The position numbers were made by a program, and so were the translations under genes. The notes under the pieces were generated by a model. That model had not been told where the DNA came from and did not search any database. It saw only the letters and a list, made by a program, of their open reading frames with translations. This document shows, piece after piece, positions 25,101 to 38,059 of a DNA stretch of 64,000 bases (the first letter of the stretch is position 1; the number at the start of each line of letters is the position of its first letter). Source of the DNA: Mobula hypostoma (lineage: Eukaryota). Location of the stretch: positions 93,932,001 to 93,996,000 of the forward strand of contig NC_086107.1 in assembly GCF_963921235.1 (NCBI RefSeq). Direction: 5' to 3'.

Positions 25101-26027
25101 AAAACAGGTGATCTTTTCAGGAGGCTGGCTTTGGGCATGCAAATAACACGGCAAAGCCAATGAGTTTAACTAGGACCTCATCACTGGTAAATGCAAAACT
25201 ATAATATGCTTACCTTATTCACTTGATCATACCATCAATACCAACATCAAACCTACAAACATCTGTAACTTTGTGAACTTTAACTTGGAAGGCCAAATGT
25301 ATAATTACCGAAAAGCATAAAGCTTTGTAAATGTAAACAAAGATCACCTAGCCATTAAATAAAATTCTAGACTGAGTATACTGAGCAAACAATCAACATA
25401 ACAGTGTTTAACATATTCGTCACGTCCAGAAACTACCTTTTGCATAATATACCCACAAAATCATGACCAGATATAGAGAAGTTAACATGGATAACAAAAT
25501 TATTTTCCATGCATCTTTATTGCTCTTTAAGAAAACTATTATCAATGGAGTTCAATTCTGGCATCATCTGGTAGGAGCTTGTTATGTTTTCTTCATGACC
25601 AGTGTGGGTTTCCTCCCAGTGCTCCAGTTTCTTTTCACAGTCCAAAGGTATACCCATTAGTAAATTGTCCTGTGATTATTCTAGGGTTAAATGGGCAACA
25701 CAGCTTGTTGGTCTGGAAGAGCCTGTCCTAGATTGTATTTCCACATAAACAAAAAAAAAATAGGTACATATAGCTCGATGATAATTAGTCGCCTAGCAAT
25801 TTCTGGGCTCAGTTATACTACTTAATGTGCATAGTCACAACATGTTAACTTACTAACTAAAGGTTTTAGTAATGCTTGACACTATGATAGCAATAAAAAA
25901 AAATTTAAAAGCTAATCAATAACTTGTAGGGAAAATAAAGAAAAGTTAAGGCTAAAGAAAACAAAATGCATATTTGCTTATTTGAAGCTACTTCTCTTCA
26001 AGAATCCAAGGACTTGGTATTACTTAC

Positions 26028-26140
26028 TCTGAGTTTGATCCTTTCATCCTCTGTCAGTTGCATCTGGTTTAGAGTGAGGACATTTTCACGGCCTGGTCTC
26101 CATAGAAATGAACCTCTTTTTTTATATTGCACGCTATCAT
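26028..26140 (-). CDS. EMC10: EMC10 coding exon 3 (DDSVQYKKRGSFLWRPGRENVLTLNQMQLTEDERIKLR)
   Basis: Acceptor ttcattgtag, donor AGA|gtaagt, 113 nt, phase 1 to 0. Matches human DDSANFRKRGSLLW...QLSEEERGRLR. Confidence 0.93.
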
Positions 26141-26812
26141 CTACAATGAAAAGATAAATCTTTATTGCTCTGTGATGATCTATAAACAAAGGGTATCTGA
26201 ATTTATTGACTTCAAAATATTGCTCTTGGATTCTGAACAGCAACGATAAAAATGTTGGCTGAAACTTCCCCCATCCAATGACTGCTCTCACAACAGAGGA
26301 CAAAGCTCACTCATCATAAACCACTAATGCAATCACACAGTAATAAGAGGCCACTTCAAGTATTGAGTCCATACCAGCTCTTTCAAAGAGCAATTGTTAG
26401 CACCACTGTCTGTTCTTCCCACATTTTGGCAAATTATTTCCCATTCAAAGATAGAGATTAGCTTTATTTGTCACAAGTACATTGAAACATACAGTGAAGT
26501 ATGTCTTTTTGTCACTGACCTACACAGTCTGAGGGTGGCTGCAAAGTGCCGCCATGCTTCCAGCACTAATAGCATGCTCACAACTTACAAACCCGGACAA
26601 ACACGTGGGTCTTTCGAACGTGGGAGGAAACCCACTCGGGCACAGGGTTAACGTACAAACTTCTTACAGACAGCAGCAGGAATGGGACCCATGATCACAA
26701 TCACGATCACTCTCACTGTAAAGCATTGCGCTACCTGCTATATTACCCCTACTAATACACATATTAATGCAATTTCTTATCATGGCAACTACTGAATCAC
26801 GTCCATTAGATA

Positions 26813-28415
26813 CAGTGGTGTTAGAAAGTTTATGAACCCTGTAGAATTTTCTCTATTTCTGCATAAATATCATCTAAAATGTAATCAGATCTTCACATGT
26901 CTTAAACTAGATAAAGAGAACCCAATTAAATAAATAACACAAAAAACATTGTACTTGCTCATTTATTTATTGAGAAAAATGATCCAATATTATATGTATT
27001 TATTGGGAAAAGTATGTGAACCTTTGCTTTCAGTAACTGGAGTGACCCCTTGTACAGCAGTAACTTCAACCAAACGTTTCCATTGACTGTTGATCAGACC
27101 TGCACATCAGCTTGGAGGAATTTTAGGCCATTCCTCCTTACAAAACTGCTTCAACTCTGAGATGTTGGTGGGCTTCCTTGCATGAACTGCTTGCTTCAGG
27201 TCCTTCCACAACATTTCTATAGGATTAAGGTCAGGACTTTGACTTGGCCATTCCAAAACACAAATTTTTTTCTTTTTAAACCATTCCGTCCATTGTTGAT
27301 TTACTCTTGTCTTTCAGATCATTGTCTTGTTTCATTATCCAACTTTGATTAAGCTTCAGGTGACAGACTGCTATGCCTGGCGTTCTTGATATAATTTTGA
27401 ATTCATTGTTCCCTTAACGATTGCAAGCTGCCCAGGCCCTGAGGCAGCAAAGCAGCCCCAAACCATGATGCTCCTTCCACCATGCTTCACACTTGGGATG
27501 AGGTTTGGGTGTTGGTGTGCAGTGCCCTTTTTCCTCCAAACACAGGAATGTGCATTTCTACCAAAAGGTTCAACTCTTGTCTCATCTGTGTACAGAACAT
27601 TGTCCCAGAAGTGTTGTAAAACATCCAGGTGGTCTTTTGCAAACTTGAGACGTGCAGCAATTTTTTTTGGACAGCAGTGGTTTCCTCCGTGGTGTACTTC
27701 CATGAACACCACTCTTGTTCAGTGTTTTTCTTATAGTGGACACATGAACAGTCTTTAGCACGTTCTAGAGATTTCTGCGGGAGTTTTGCTGTTACCCTTG
27801 GGTTCTTTTTCACCTCATTAAGCTTTACACATTGAGCTCTTGGTGTGATCTTTGCAGGACGCCCACTCCTAGGGAGAGTAGAAACAGTACTGTTTCCTCC
27901 ATTTGTAGACAATTTCTCTTAATGTGGACTGATGAACACTCAGGTCTTTGGAAATCCTTTTGTAGCCTTTTTCAGCTTCATGCATCTCTGCAATTCTTCT
28001 TTTAAGGTCCTCTGAAAGTTGACTTGATCAAGGCATATTGTACATAAACAGATCTTTCTTGAGAAGAGCAGGCTCTGTCAGTAACCTGACTATGTGTGTC
28101 TTTTTTTAAGGACAGGACACCTCTACACCCCACACCTCCAATCTCATCTCATTGATTAGAACACCTGACTCCAAATAGCTTATGTAGAAGGCATTACGCC
28201 AGAGGTTCTCAAACTTTTTCTAACAAATACATGTAATATTAAATCATTTGTCTCAATAAAAAAAATGAACAGGTATAACTTTTTGTGTTACTTATTTAAT
28301 TGGGTTCACTTTATCTAGTTTTAGGACTTACATGAAGATCTGGTCACATTTTAGGTCATATTTAAGCAGAAATATAGAAAATTCTACAGCATTCACAAAC
28401 CTTCTAGCACCACTG
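26813..28415 (-). mobile_element. Tc1-family DNA transposon (1603 bp, long TIRs, decayed transposase)
   Basis: TA|CAGTGGTG...CACCACTG|TA with ~200-bp imperfect terminal inverted repeats. Transposase remnants LPRSGRPAKITPR, KNPRVT, ARLKFAKDH, WDNVLYTDETRVE, VKHGGRSIMVWGCF. Confidence 0.92.
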
Positions 28416-29199
28416 TAATACTGCCCAAACCTAACCAAATGCAGAATTATTTTTTAAATCCTTCAGGTTACGCCTTTCTTTCATCAATAACTTTAAGTTT
28501 GTGTTCCTTATGACATCTTCAGTCAAAGGAATGTTTGATACAGCAGTTTTTAGTGTATGAAGCTGCCAGAAGATGAGGATATTGATATTGGTTTGGTTTA
28601 TTGTTTTCAAATATACCAAGATACAGTGAAATCTTATCTTGCATACTGTTCACACAGATCAGAGCATTACACAGTGTGCTTCAGCTAGAATAAGGTAAAA
28701 CAGTAACAATGCAAAATGAAGTGTAAAAGCTATCAAAAAAGTGCAGTGTAGGTAAATGATAAGGTACAAGATCATAACGAGGTAGACTGTGAGGTCAAGG
28801 GTCCCTTGCATCATACAAGAAGTCCATTCAAGAGGCTGATGACAGTGGGATAGCAGCTGCTCTCGAGCATGGTGGTATGTGCATTCAGGGTTTTGTATCT
28901 TCTGCCCAATGGCAGAGGGGAGAAGAGAAAATATCTGCAGTGATTGGGGTATTTGATTATGCTGGCTGCTTTACTGAGGCAGCAAGAAGTTTAGATAGAG
29001 CCATAGAGGCGAGACGGGCGTCCGAGATGTGCTGACCTGTGTCTACAGTTTCTTGCAGACATGTGCAGTACAGTTGCCATACCAAGTTGTTATTGATCCA
29101 GACAGAACGCTTTCTATGATGTATTGATAAAAGCTGGTAAGAGTAAACAGGGACATGGCAAATTTCTTTAGCCTCCCAAGGTAGCAGACATGTTGGTGA

Positions 29200-29452
29200 C
29201 TAACACGAGAGAGTCTGCAGATGGTGGAAATCCAAAACAACACACACAAAAAGCTGGAGGAACTCAGCAGGTCAGGCAGCATCTATGGAAATAAACAATC
29301 GACATTTGGGGCTGAGACCCTTCTTTGTGACTGAGGAGGAAGGGGGAAGATGCCAGAATAAAAAGGTGGGGAGAGGGGAAAGGAGACTAGCTGGAAGGAG
29401 ATAGGTGAAGCCAGGTGGGTGGGAAAGGTCAAGGGCTGGAGAAGAAGGAATC
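29200..29452 (-). mobile_element. Penelope 3' fragment inserted in a Rex1/L2-like remnant
   Basis: 9-bp direct repeat TGTTGGTGA at 29191-29199 and 29453-29461. Carries the gatgctgcctgacctgctgagttcctccagc terminus and an eroded hammerhead. Confidence 0.7.
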
Positions 29453-29654
29453 TGTTGGTGAGCTTTCTTGGCTGCAAAATCAATACGGTTGGAGTAGGAA
29501 GGGCTATTGGAGGTGTTCACACCTAGGAACATGATGCTCTCAACCTCAATAGCATTCCATAGTATCCACTGTAATGACCTTAACCAAAAATTGTAACTAC
29601 CATTACCCCATATTCATTACTGAAGGTCAATTCTCACCTGTGTTATAAACTTAC

Positions 29655-29721
29655 CAAATTCAAATGAGTGCTCAAGCAGTATAGACACTCCTGCAATTTC
29701 AGAATCTACAACATCTCCAGG
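29655..29721 (-). CDS. EMC10: EMC10 coding exon 2 (PGDVVDSEIAGVSILLEHSFEF+G)
   Basis: Acceptor ttttccttctctttcag, donor TTTG|gtaagt, 67 nt, phase 0 to 1. LLEHSFE is the conserved EMC10 motif (human LLLEHSFEIDD). Confidence 0.93.
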
Positions 29722-30213
29722 CTGAAAGAGAAGGAAAATAAATTAGTATGTATGCACTGGTGCAATACTGTACAAGAGATCATTCCCCCACTGTCTGTTC
29801 GGACACACCACCAGGGGCCATCAGACAGGTCAGAACCAAAGTGGCCAAACAACTCTAGAGCACAGCTTCTCAAAATCGATGCATGATAAATTAAATCTGA
29901 GTGAAAGCAAGGTTCTAAAAAGCAATAGATAAGCACCAGCAGGCATCAAATGGGCATTAATCCTACATTTTAACATTATGGGTAAAAAAAAAGTCTGCTA
30001 AGCTCTGGTCTTCTTGAAATTGATTCATTCTGTTCCAGTTTTTCTTCAAGCACTGACAATAGATACGCAGTCAGACTTTTTTTATTGGAAAAGATTATAG
30101 AAAAATACATTCAATCCAAAATATTTCATGTATTAATTATTTATTTTTACTTGGAAGAAGCTGGAGACTATGAAACACTATGTTGAGATTATAAACACAA
30201 AAGATTTTGCAGA

Positions 30214-30391
30214 TTGGAAGTTTCGTTGATCACCGAGCTTGGGAAAATGTTTACAGACATTTCGGCTACAATCGAGAAGCCATTGTCAGTGCGGAGTTGG
30301 ACCATCAACCGCACACTAATAATGGCTTCTCGATTGGAGCTGAAACTTCTGCAAACATTTTGCCAAGCTCGGCGATAAACTAAACTTCCAA
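30214..30391. repeat. 178-nt imperfect inverted repeat (hairpin)
   Basis: Arms of ~77 nt (ttggaagttt...gagaagccattgtcagtg vs cactaataatggcttctc...aaacttccaa), ~11 scattered mismatches, short centre. Confidence 0.9.
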
Positions 30392-30413
30392 AGAGCCAAC
30401 CTGAGTTTTCCAG

Positions 30414-30603
30414 TTCTGCAGAAACTGGAAATTCAGAGCAACACACAAAATGTTGGAGGAACTCAACAGGTCGGGCAGCATCTACGTAGGGGAATAAACT
30501 GTTGAAGTTTCCGGCCAAGACCCATCATCGGGACTGGAATGGAAGGGAGAAGGAGCCTGCTGTCTGACCTGCTGAGTTCCTCCAGCATATTGTGTGTTTT
30601 GCA
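30414..30603. mobile_element. Old inverted Penelope terminal insertion
   Basis: A minus-strand terminus with a degenerate hammerhead (~30500-30537) is followed by a plus-strand terminus (tgctgtctgacctgctgagttcctccagcat). Similar remnants at ~6697-6935, 34450-34565 and 35113-35310. Confidence 0.65.
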
Positions 30604-32974
30604 TTAAGTTGAGTTCTTTGGAGTTAAGGAGAGAGAAAAAAAATGATTAACAAACAATGTCTTTACAGGTACTGGTTACCAGTTCCACTCAACACCCACA
30701 TTCAGTTACACTAACTCCAATACAATGATTTATAAATGTGATTCCAAAGGATTCACAGAATTACAGAAATTTATACAACAGTTGAGCATTTGGCCTATCT
30801 TACTGATGTCAGCTGTAAGTGGAGCTAAGTAGGCTATCTCAACTTCACAGTACATTACCATAAAGCTGTTCAAATACTTAAGTACAGTGAGGATTTTTGC
30901 TTCAACTATCCTTTCAGCCAGATGCAACCACAGATCAAGTAAAAAGCTTGTTTTCTTCATTCTAACCCTAAGCCTTCTACGAATTAAATTAAATCTTAAT
31001 TCCCTAGTTATTGATCGCTGTCATAGAGATTTACAGAACAGAAACAGGCCCCTCAGCCCATCTAGTCCACCACAAACTGTTATTCTATCTCGTCCCAGCG
31101 ACCTGCATCTGGACCATAGCCCTCCATACCCCTCTCCATCCATGTGCTTATCCAAACAACTCTTAAAAGCTGAAATCGCATCCATATCCATCATCTCCAC
31201 ACTTGCACCACCCTTTGAGAGAAAACATTTCTCCTCAGGTTCCCCTTAAATATTTCAACTTTCACCCTTAACCTATGACTTTTAGTGCTAGCACCCAATC
31301 TCAGAGGAAAAAGCATGCTTGTATTTACCTATTTATACCCTCATAAGGAAATAAATTCATAAAACCCCATCTCAACCTTTCACAGCTTTATGCAGCTCAA
31401 TGAAATTTACCCTCAATCTCCCTCATTCAAAAGAAACCCAAGTCTGTATCCTCAATTGTAATTCACCAGTCCTAGCACTATCACATCATTCTCACTGGTG
31501 TCCTGCATGGCTTTAACATTCAGCTGAGGGAGAGAACACAAAGGCTGCGATAAGGGTAAACGTTTCAGGAGCCTTTGCAAACACCTCTTCTATACGAACC
31601 ATCACCTTCAGGAATCAATGAGCTCGGACTCCCAAAGTTTGGCTGTTCATCCAGAGATCATTGAAGCAGCTTATAGCACTGAAGTGGGCCTTTCAGTCCA
31701 CCTTCACCATGCCAACCAAGATGTCCATCTGCAGCAATCCTATTGACAGCAATAGACTCAGGCCCTTCTACACCTTTCCTTATTTAAATACACAGGTCTC
31801 CTCTAAATTACTCCTCTCTCACCTTAAACCTGCGCCCTCTAGTCCTAGACTCTCTTACCCTGTATAAAGATTCTGACAATCTATCCCCTTCACAATCTTA
31901 TAACCCTTACCTCATATATCCCAGTAGAAATAAGATACCAGCCTATGCAATCTCTTATAAGCATAACCTTCCATTCCCAGTGAATCTCTTTTGCACTCTC
32001 CATATTACTACCTCAATGTGGCAACCAGAACTGCTTGCAACACTCCAAATGCATTCTGAACAATGTTGCAGTTGTACAAAGCACAAAGCCCTAACTCTGA
32101 TACTCAATTCCTCAGTTTATGACAGCATGCATACCACAAGCCTTCTTCACCATCCCATTCACCTGTTCAGTATTTTCAGGGAACTATCAATTTGTACTAC
32201 AAGATGTCTCTGTACATCAATGGCTCCCAAGCTCCTGCCATTCATTCTATTTGTCCTACCAGAATTTGTTTTCCAAAGTGAATTGCTTCACACTTGTCTG
32301 GAATAAATTCCACATTCCACCAGTCCACCCAACTTTCCAGCTGATCTGTGTCCCACTACATCCTTAAGCAACCTTCTTTATTATCTACAACTCCAGCAAT
32401 TTCCATGTCATCTGAAATTTACTCACCATATCCCCCATGTCTCACCCAAGTCACTTACAATAAAAGATCCCAGTACCAATCCCTGAGATGTATCATTTGT
32501 TAAAGATTGGCTGTCAGAAAAGCTGAATAAGTTAAGCCCATGTTCCAAAGTTATTGACCACTACCCATCCACCACTACCCTTTGCCTTCTATCAACCAAC
32601 CAACTTCAGATCCGTTTTGGCAATACGTCTCGGATCCCTTATACATTAACTTTCTGGACCCGTCTAAGATGCAGCTCCTAACCAAATGCCTTACCATGCA
32701 AACCACATTTACTGCTCTACCTTCAATCTTCTAAGTTAACTCCTCAAAAACTCGGATTTGTGAGACAAGATCTCCCCTACACAAAACCATGCCCGACTCC
32801 TCCCAATCAGTCCCTGCCATTGCAAGCCAACATGAATTCTGTTCTTAATATCCTATCATTAATATATATTCCTTGGCCTAGTTTGCTCTCCCTAGTTATC
32901 TCACACTCACAAGACCAAGTTATATTTGCCTTTTTAAAAACCTACCCCCTTTAATTCATTCATTATTTAAGGCT

Positions 32975-34120
32975 TCTTTTCATTGACTACAGCTCTGCCT
33001 TTAATACCATCATTCCAAATAAACTGATTCCTAAGCTCCGGAACCTGGGCCTTAGCACTCAGATCTGCAGCTGGATCTTCAACTTCCTCACAGACAGGAC
33101 CCAGGCTGTAAAAATAGGAGACAAGCTCTCCTCTACAATCACTCTGAGCACCAGTGCCCCACAAGGCTGTGTACTCAGCCCCCTGCTGTACTCACTGTAC
33201 ACTCATGCTTGTGTAGCCAAGTTTCTATCAAACTCAATATATAAGTTTGCTGATGACACCACAATTGTAGGCCGTATCTTGGGTAATGATGAGTTTGAGT
33301 AGAGAATGGAAATTAAGAACCTGGTGGCATGGTGCTAAGACAATAACCTATCCCTCAACTTCAGCAAGACGAAGGAATTGGTTGTTGACTTCAGAAGGAG
33401 TAGCGGACCGCACGTACATCAGTGGTGCGCAAGTGGAACAGGTCAAAAGCTTTAAGTTCCTCAGGGTCAATATCACAAATGACCTGACTTGGTCCAACCA
33501 AGCAGAGTCCACTGCCAAGAAGGCCCACCAGCACCTTTACTTCCTGAGAAAGCTAAAGAAATTTGGCCCGTCCCCTAAAACCCTCACTAATTTTTATAGA
33601 TGCACCGTAGAAAGCATCACAACCTGGTATGGAAGTTGTCCTGTCCAAGACCGGAAGAAGCTGCAGAAGATCATGAACACAGCCCAGCATATCACACAAA
33701 CTAATCTTCTGTCCTTGGACTCACTTTACACCGCACGCTGTCAGAGCAGTGCTGCCAGGATAATCAAGGACACGACCCACCCAGCCAACACACTTTTCGT
33801 CCCTCTTCCCTCCGGGAGAAGGCTCAGGAGCTTGAAGACTCGTACGGTCAGATTTGGGAACAGCTTCTTTCCAACTGTGATAAGACTGCTGAACGGATCC
33901 TGACCCAGACCTGGGCCGTACCCTCCAAATATCCGGACCCGCCTCTCGGTTTTTTTGGCACTACCTTACTTTCCCTTTTCTATTTTCTATTTATGATTTA
34001 TAATTTAAATTGTTATTATTTACTATTGATTTGTACTCCAGAGAGCGCGTAACGCAGAATCAAGTATCGCTGTGATGATTGTACGTTCTAGTATCAATTG
34101 TTTGGCGACAATGAAGTATA
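32975..34120 (+). mobile_element. Rex1/Babar-type LINE, 5'-truncated
   Basis: [74 protein letters not shown]...SFFPTVIRLLN. Confidence 0.88.
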
Positions 34121-34723
34121 TTTACAAGTTCGCTTTCTTCCCAATGATCAAGCACCATCAATTTTAATATAATCACCAAATATTTAATCTACACCTCAAA
34201 AAACGATACTAAGTCCAGCTCCACTGTATCTCCTTTTTAGTATTACACATTATTCTCTATAACAGAGCCAAATTTAATCCAGCTTGCCATTTTCTGCTAG
34301 TTTTCACTTTCCTGATCAATCTACCATTTGTCAAATTCATGGATCAAAGCTATTTCCCTCATCAATCACCCTTGCTACTTCACAAAAGTTCAATCAAGCT
34401 AGAATTTTCCTTTAATAGATCCATGTCAATTGTCTTTGGCCATTAACTTATCCTGATGAAGGATCTCAGACTGAAACATTGACTCTTTATTCCCTTCCAT
34501 AAATACTGCCTGACTTGCTGAGTTCCTCCAGTATTTTGTGTCTGTGTGCTCAATATCTACAGAATTTCATATATCTACAATGATACCTGGTTTTGATTTA
34601 TGCTAGTCTCCAGAATTATTCCAATAATTCACCTTTTGTGAATGTCAGCTTGTAGTTACTCAGTCTACCCTTTATTGAAACCACTTCAGTGTTGTAATCC
34701 CCTACCACCACACCACAGTCACT

Positions 34724-34748
34724 ACACACACACACACACACACACACA
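34724..34748. repeat. (AC)n microsatellite
   Basis: About 12 AC units. Confidence 0.95.
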
Positions 34749-37700
34749 GTAGTTCACAGTAACAAAGATGACTATCTCCCCCACTGTTTTAGTTCAAGTA
34801 GAGGATGCTCAAGGGCAGAATTGATAAAACTCTCTTTTCACTCTTGCACAGTAATAATAGACATACTTTTCTTCTTCGAACATGGAAACACATTGATTAA
34901 GAAATTAGGAGAGATGATCCACAGTACCATGGGAAAAGGGCAAAAAGCTTCAAACCCACTTCATATCTCATTGACAGAGCATGTTAAGTCCCAACTTCAG
35001 AACTGCCGTAAAAAAAAATTTACATCAATTACTTAGGAAATACAGTTATCATGCAGAAAATGTGACATTAAACCTAAGGACTGAATCCCACCAGTAGCAA
35101 TAACCAAGTAATAAACCACAAGAAATTTTGCCGATGCTGGAGATCCAGTACAACGCATGTAAAATGTTAGAGGAACTCAGCGAGTCAGGCAGCATCTATG
35201 GAGAGAAATAAACTGTTGATGTGTCAGGCTGAGATCCTTCATCATGACTGGAAAGGAAGACCCTTCATCTGTCTCGGCCTAAAATGTCAACAGTTCATTC
35301 CTCTCCATAGAATGACCAAGTTAGTTTTGTATAGTGCTACTGGTTGAAGGATAAACATTCCTAGGGCACTGAGAAAAATTCTCCAGCTGCTTCTCAAAAT
35401 AACATTAATGGATCTTGAAATCCATTCAATACAGCAAACCTTGCCACAAATAGTGGATCACTTTCATTCTGTCCTGAAGTATCCAACTAAACTTTACACT
35501 CAAGTCTATGGAGTTGAGCGTGAATCCATGATGTTCAGGCATAGATTGAAAGCAGCTGTCACCAAGATAAACCCAATGCTGAATAATAAGATTTAAAGAT
35601 GGATCTCTAGCCCGAAGACAAACTGTAATCATTAACCCAATCAGTGATGCAGGATGTTAAGCACAAATGCTGTAGATTAGCTTTATAAAGATAAGATTTG
35701 AAGATTAGCTTTATTTGTCATGTGTACATTGAAACATACAGCAAAATGTATCATTTTTTTTTGCGTCGACAGCCAATACAATCCGAGAATTGTGCTGGGA
35801 GCAGTCCACAAGCAACACCACACTTCAGACGCCATCACAGTATGCCCACAACTCAACAACTCTAACCTGTAGGTCTCCAGAATGTGGGAGGAGACCAGGG
35901 CGCCAGGATGAAACCCACACAGTCACAGGGAGTATGTACAAACTCCTTCCTAACAGCAGCGGGAATCAAACTTCAACTGGTGATCACTGGCATTGTAAGG
36001 CGATTACACTAACAGCTATGCTACCCCATGCAATAGTTTACAAGTATTCTTTCAATAAATGCATTTGAACTGCCAGTCAACCAATAAAGCCTGATGAGAA
36101 ACTTAGTGATCAATTAAAAAGATTATAGAGGATATATTTTCAGCACCAATATTAAAATATAAAGCCCATGAGCAATTACCCTTGTGGTGATTTACTGCCA
36201 TGTTAAAGTGGCCTTGTACCAGAAGTGATTACTCATTGTGAATCAAACAGTTTGCTCTTTATATTCACAGCTACATTTGTTTTGAGAAAAATGTTTTTGG
36301 AATGAAGCGAAATTGGAAAAATTCTGCCCATTTCAAGATAGGCCCAAATCTCAACAGGACAGAGCAGTACTCTCTCAAAGAGATTATATCTGTCACTAAT
36401 GCAGATTTATTGGATGAAAGTACGCAGTATATCACAGGATGACTGCACAAAGTATGCTAAGACAGAAATGTGCAGGTTTTCTGGAAGCAAATGTAATACT
36501 TAATTTTATTTATGCCTTATTCTTAAGCACTTTTTGTAATCTGTGACAAAATCATTTCAGATGGTTCTAATTATGTATTCTGCCTCAAAGATCACCATGC
36601 CTTGGATTACGGTAATGAGAAGATGAAAAACTGACATTCTCAAGGACTTATGAGGTTCACATACAGTTATCTTTAAGAGAAGAACCTTTAAGAGATGATC
36701 ATATTGAAAGGTCAAGCAATGATTTGGGCTGCCTCAGCTCAGTACAATTGTTTCAATTTATTCATTTATCACAACATGGAATTCACTGGCAAAGCTGGCG
36801 TGTATTTTTCATTTCTAATTACCCTGGGGAAACTAGCGGCAAGTTACTTTTTAAACCATTGTCATTTTTTCTTCTGAAGGCACTCTCACAATTTGACATT
36901 ACTTTTCATTTCCCCCCTATCCAAACAGCAGGAAGAGAAATAACTATAATGCACAACAGTGCATGCAGAGGCAATGGTCTTCTGAGGCTGAGGTTCAAGT
37001 GGCTGCCAGAAGAGATTTTAAAGAGTTTCTCCACACCTAACAACCAGCACATTAAGGAATCCAGCTTCCCCTCCAAAAAATTAAAGATTAGCTTAACTTG
37101 TCACATGCAGTGAAATGTATCATCTGTGTCAATGACCAACAGTCCAAGGATTGCTCTGAGGGCAACATACAAGGGAGTCAGTCTACGCCAGCTTAATCAA
37201 AGACCCTTCACAGCTCAGACCATCTCTCATTCCCCTCTACCCTTCAGGCAAAAGATACAACAACCTGAAAGCGTCTATCATTAGACTCCAGGATAGCTTC
37301 CATCCTGCTCTTCTAATCTCATTGAACAGTCCCCTAGTATGCCAAGATCGACTCTTGACCTCAGTTAACCTCGTCATGACCCTTGCACCTTATTACCTGC
37401 ACTGTTCTTTCTCTATAACTATAAAACTTAATTCTGCATTCTATTATTGCTTGTCTCTGTATTACCTCAATGAACTGTTGTAATGAAATGATCTGTATGG
37501 ATGGTATGCAAGACAAGTTTTTCACTGCACCTCAAAACATGTGAAAATAATAAAACAATCAGCTAATTCTATATATATACACCAAGAAGATAACATTCAG
37601 ACTTTGGGTGAATCATCTACAAGATGATTCAAGCTGTGCTGTGCCCTAAACCGCAAATTATTCCAACCCAATGCTAATTAATAAACCAGTTTTGATCATT

Positions 37701-38059
37701 TTCTAATACCTCTTGTAGATTAAAATGCTTGTGTGAATAAAATATTACTGGCAGAGATATAAAAATTAGAACATATCTATGAAGAAAATAGATAGCTTCG
37801 ATGTCAAACTATCAAATAGATACAAAATCCAGAAACAAATTGAGTAATGTCTAACACAGGCATTTCCTAAGCTTTCATGATATCCAAAAATTAGCACTCA
37901 TCTCTCCTCTTTGTACAGTCACAGAAGAACAGGCCCGACCAGTCCAAGCCAACCATGGCTGCCAGAAGCTATTTGAGGCACACACCATTGGGAGCATTTA
38001 ATAGGTAGTGGGAGCTTATCCCCCATTACCACTCCCAGCTACAACAATATATAACAATA

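Noticed and set aside
30730..30960. ORF ending in PLESHL, like EMC10 VESHL
   Set aside because: It lies upstream of exon 2, in the wrong order, and is followed by a stop; coincidence.
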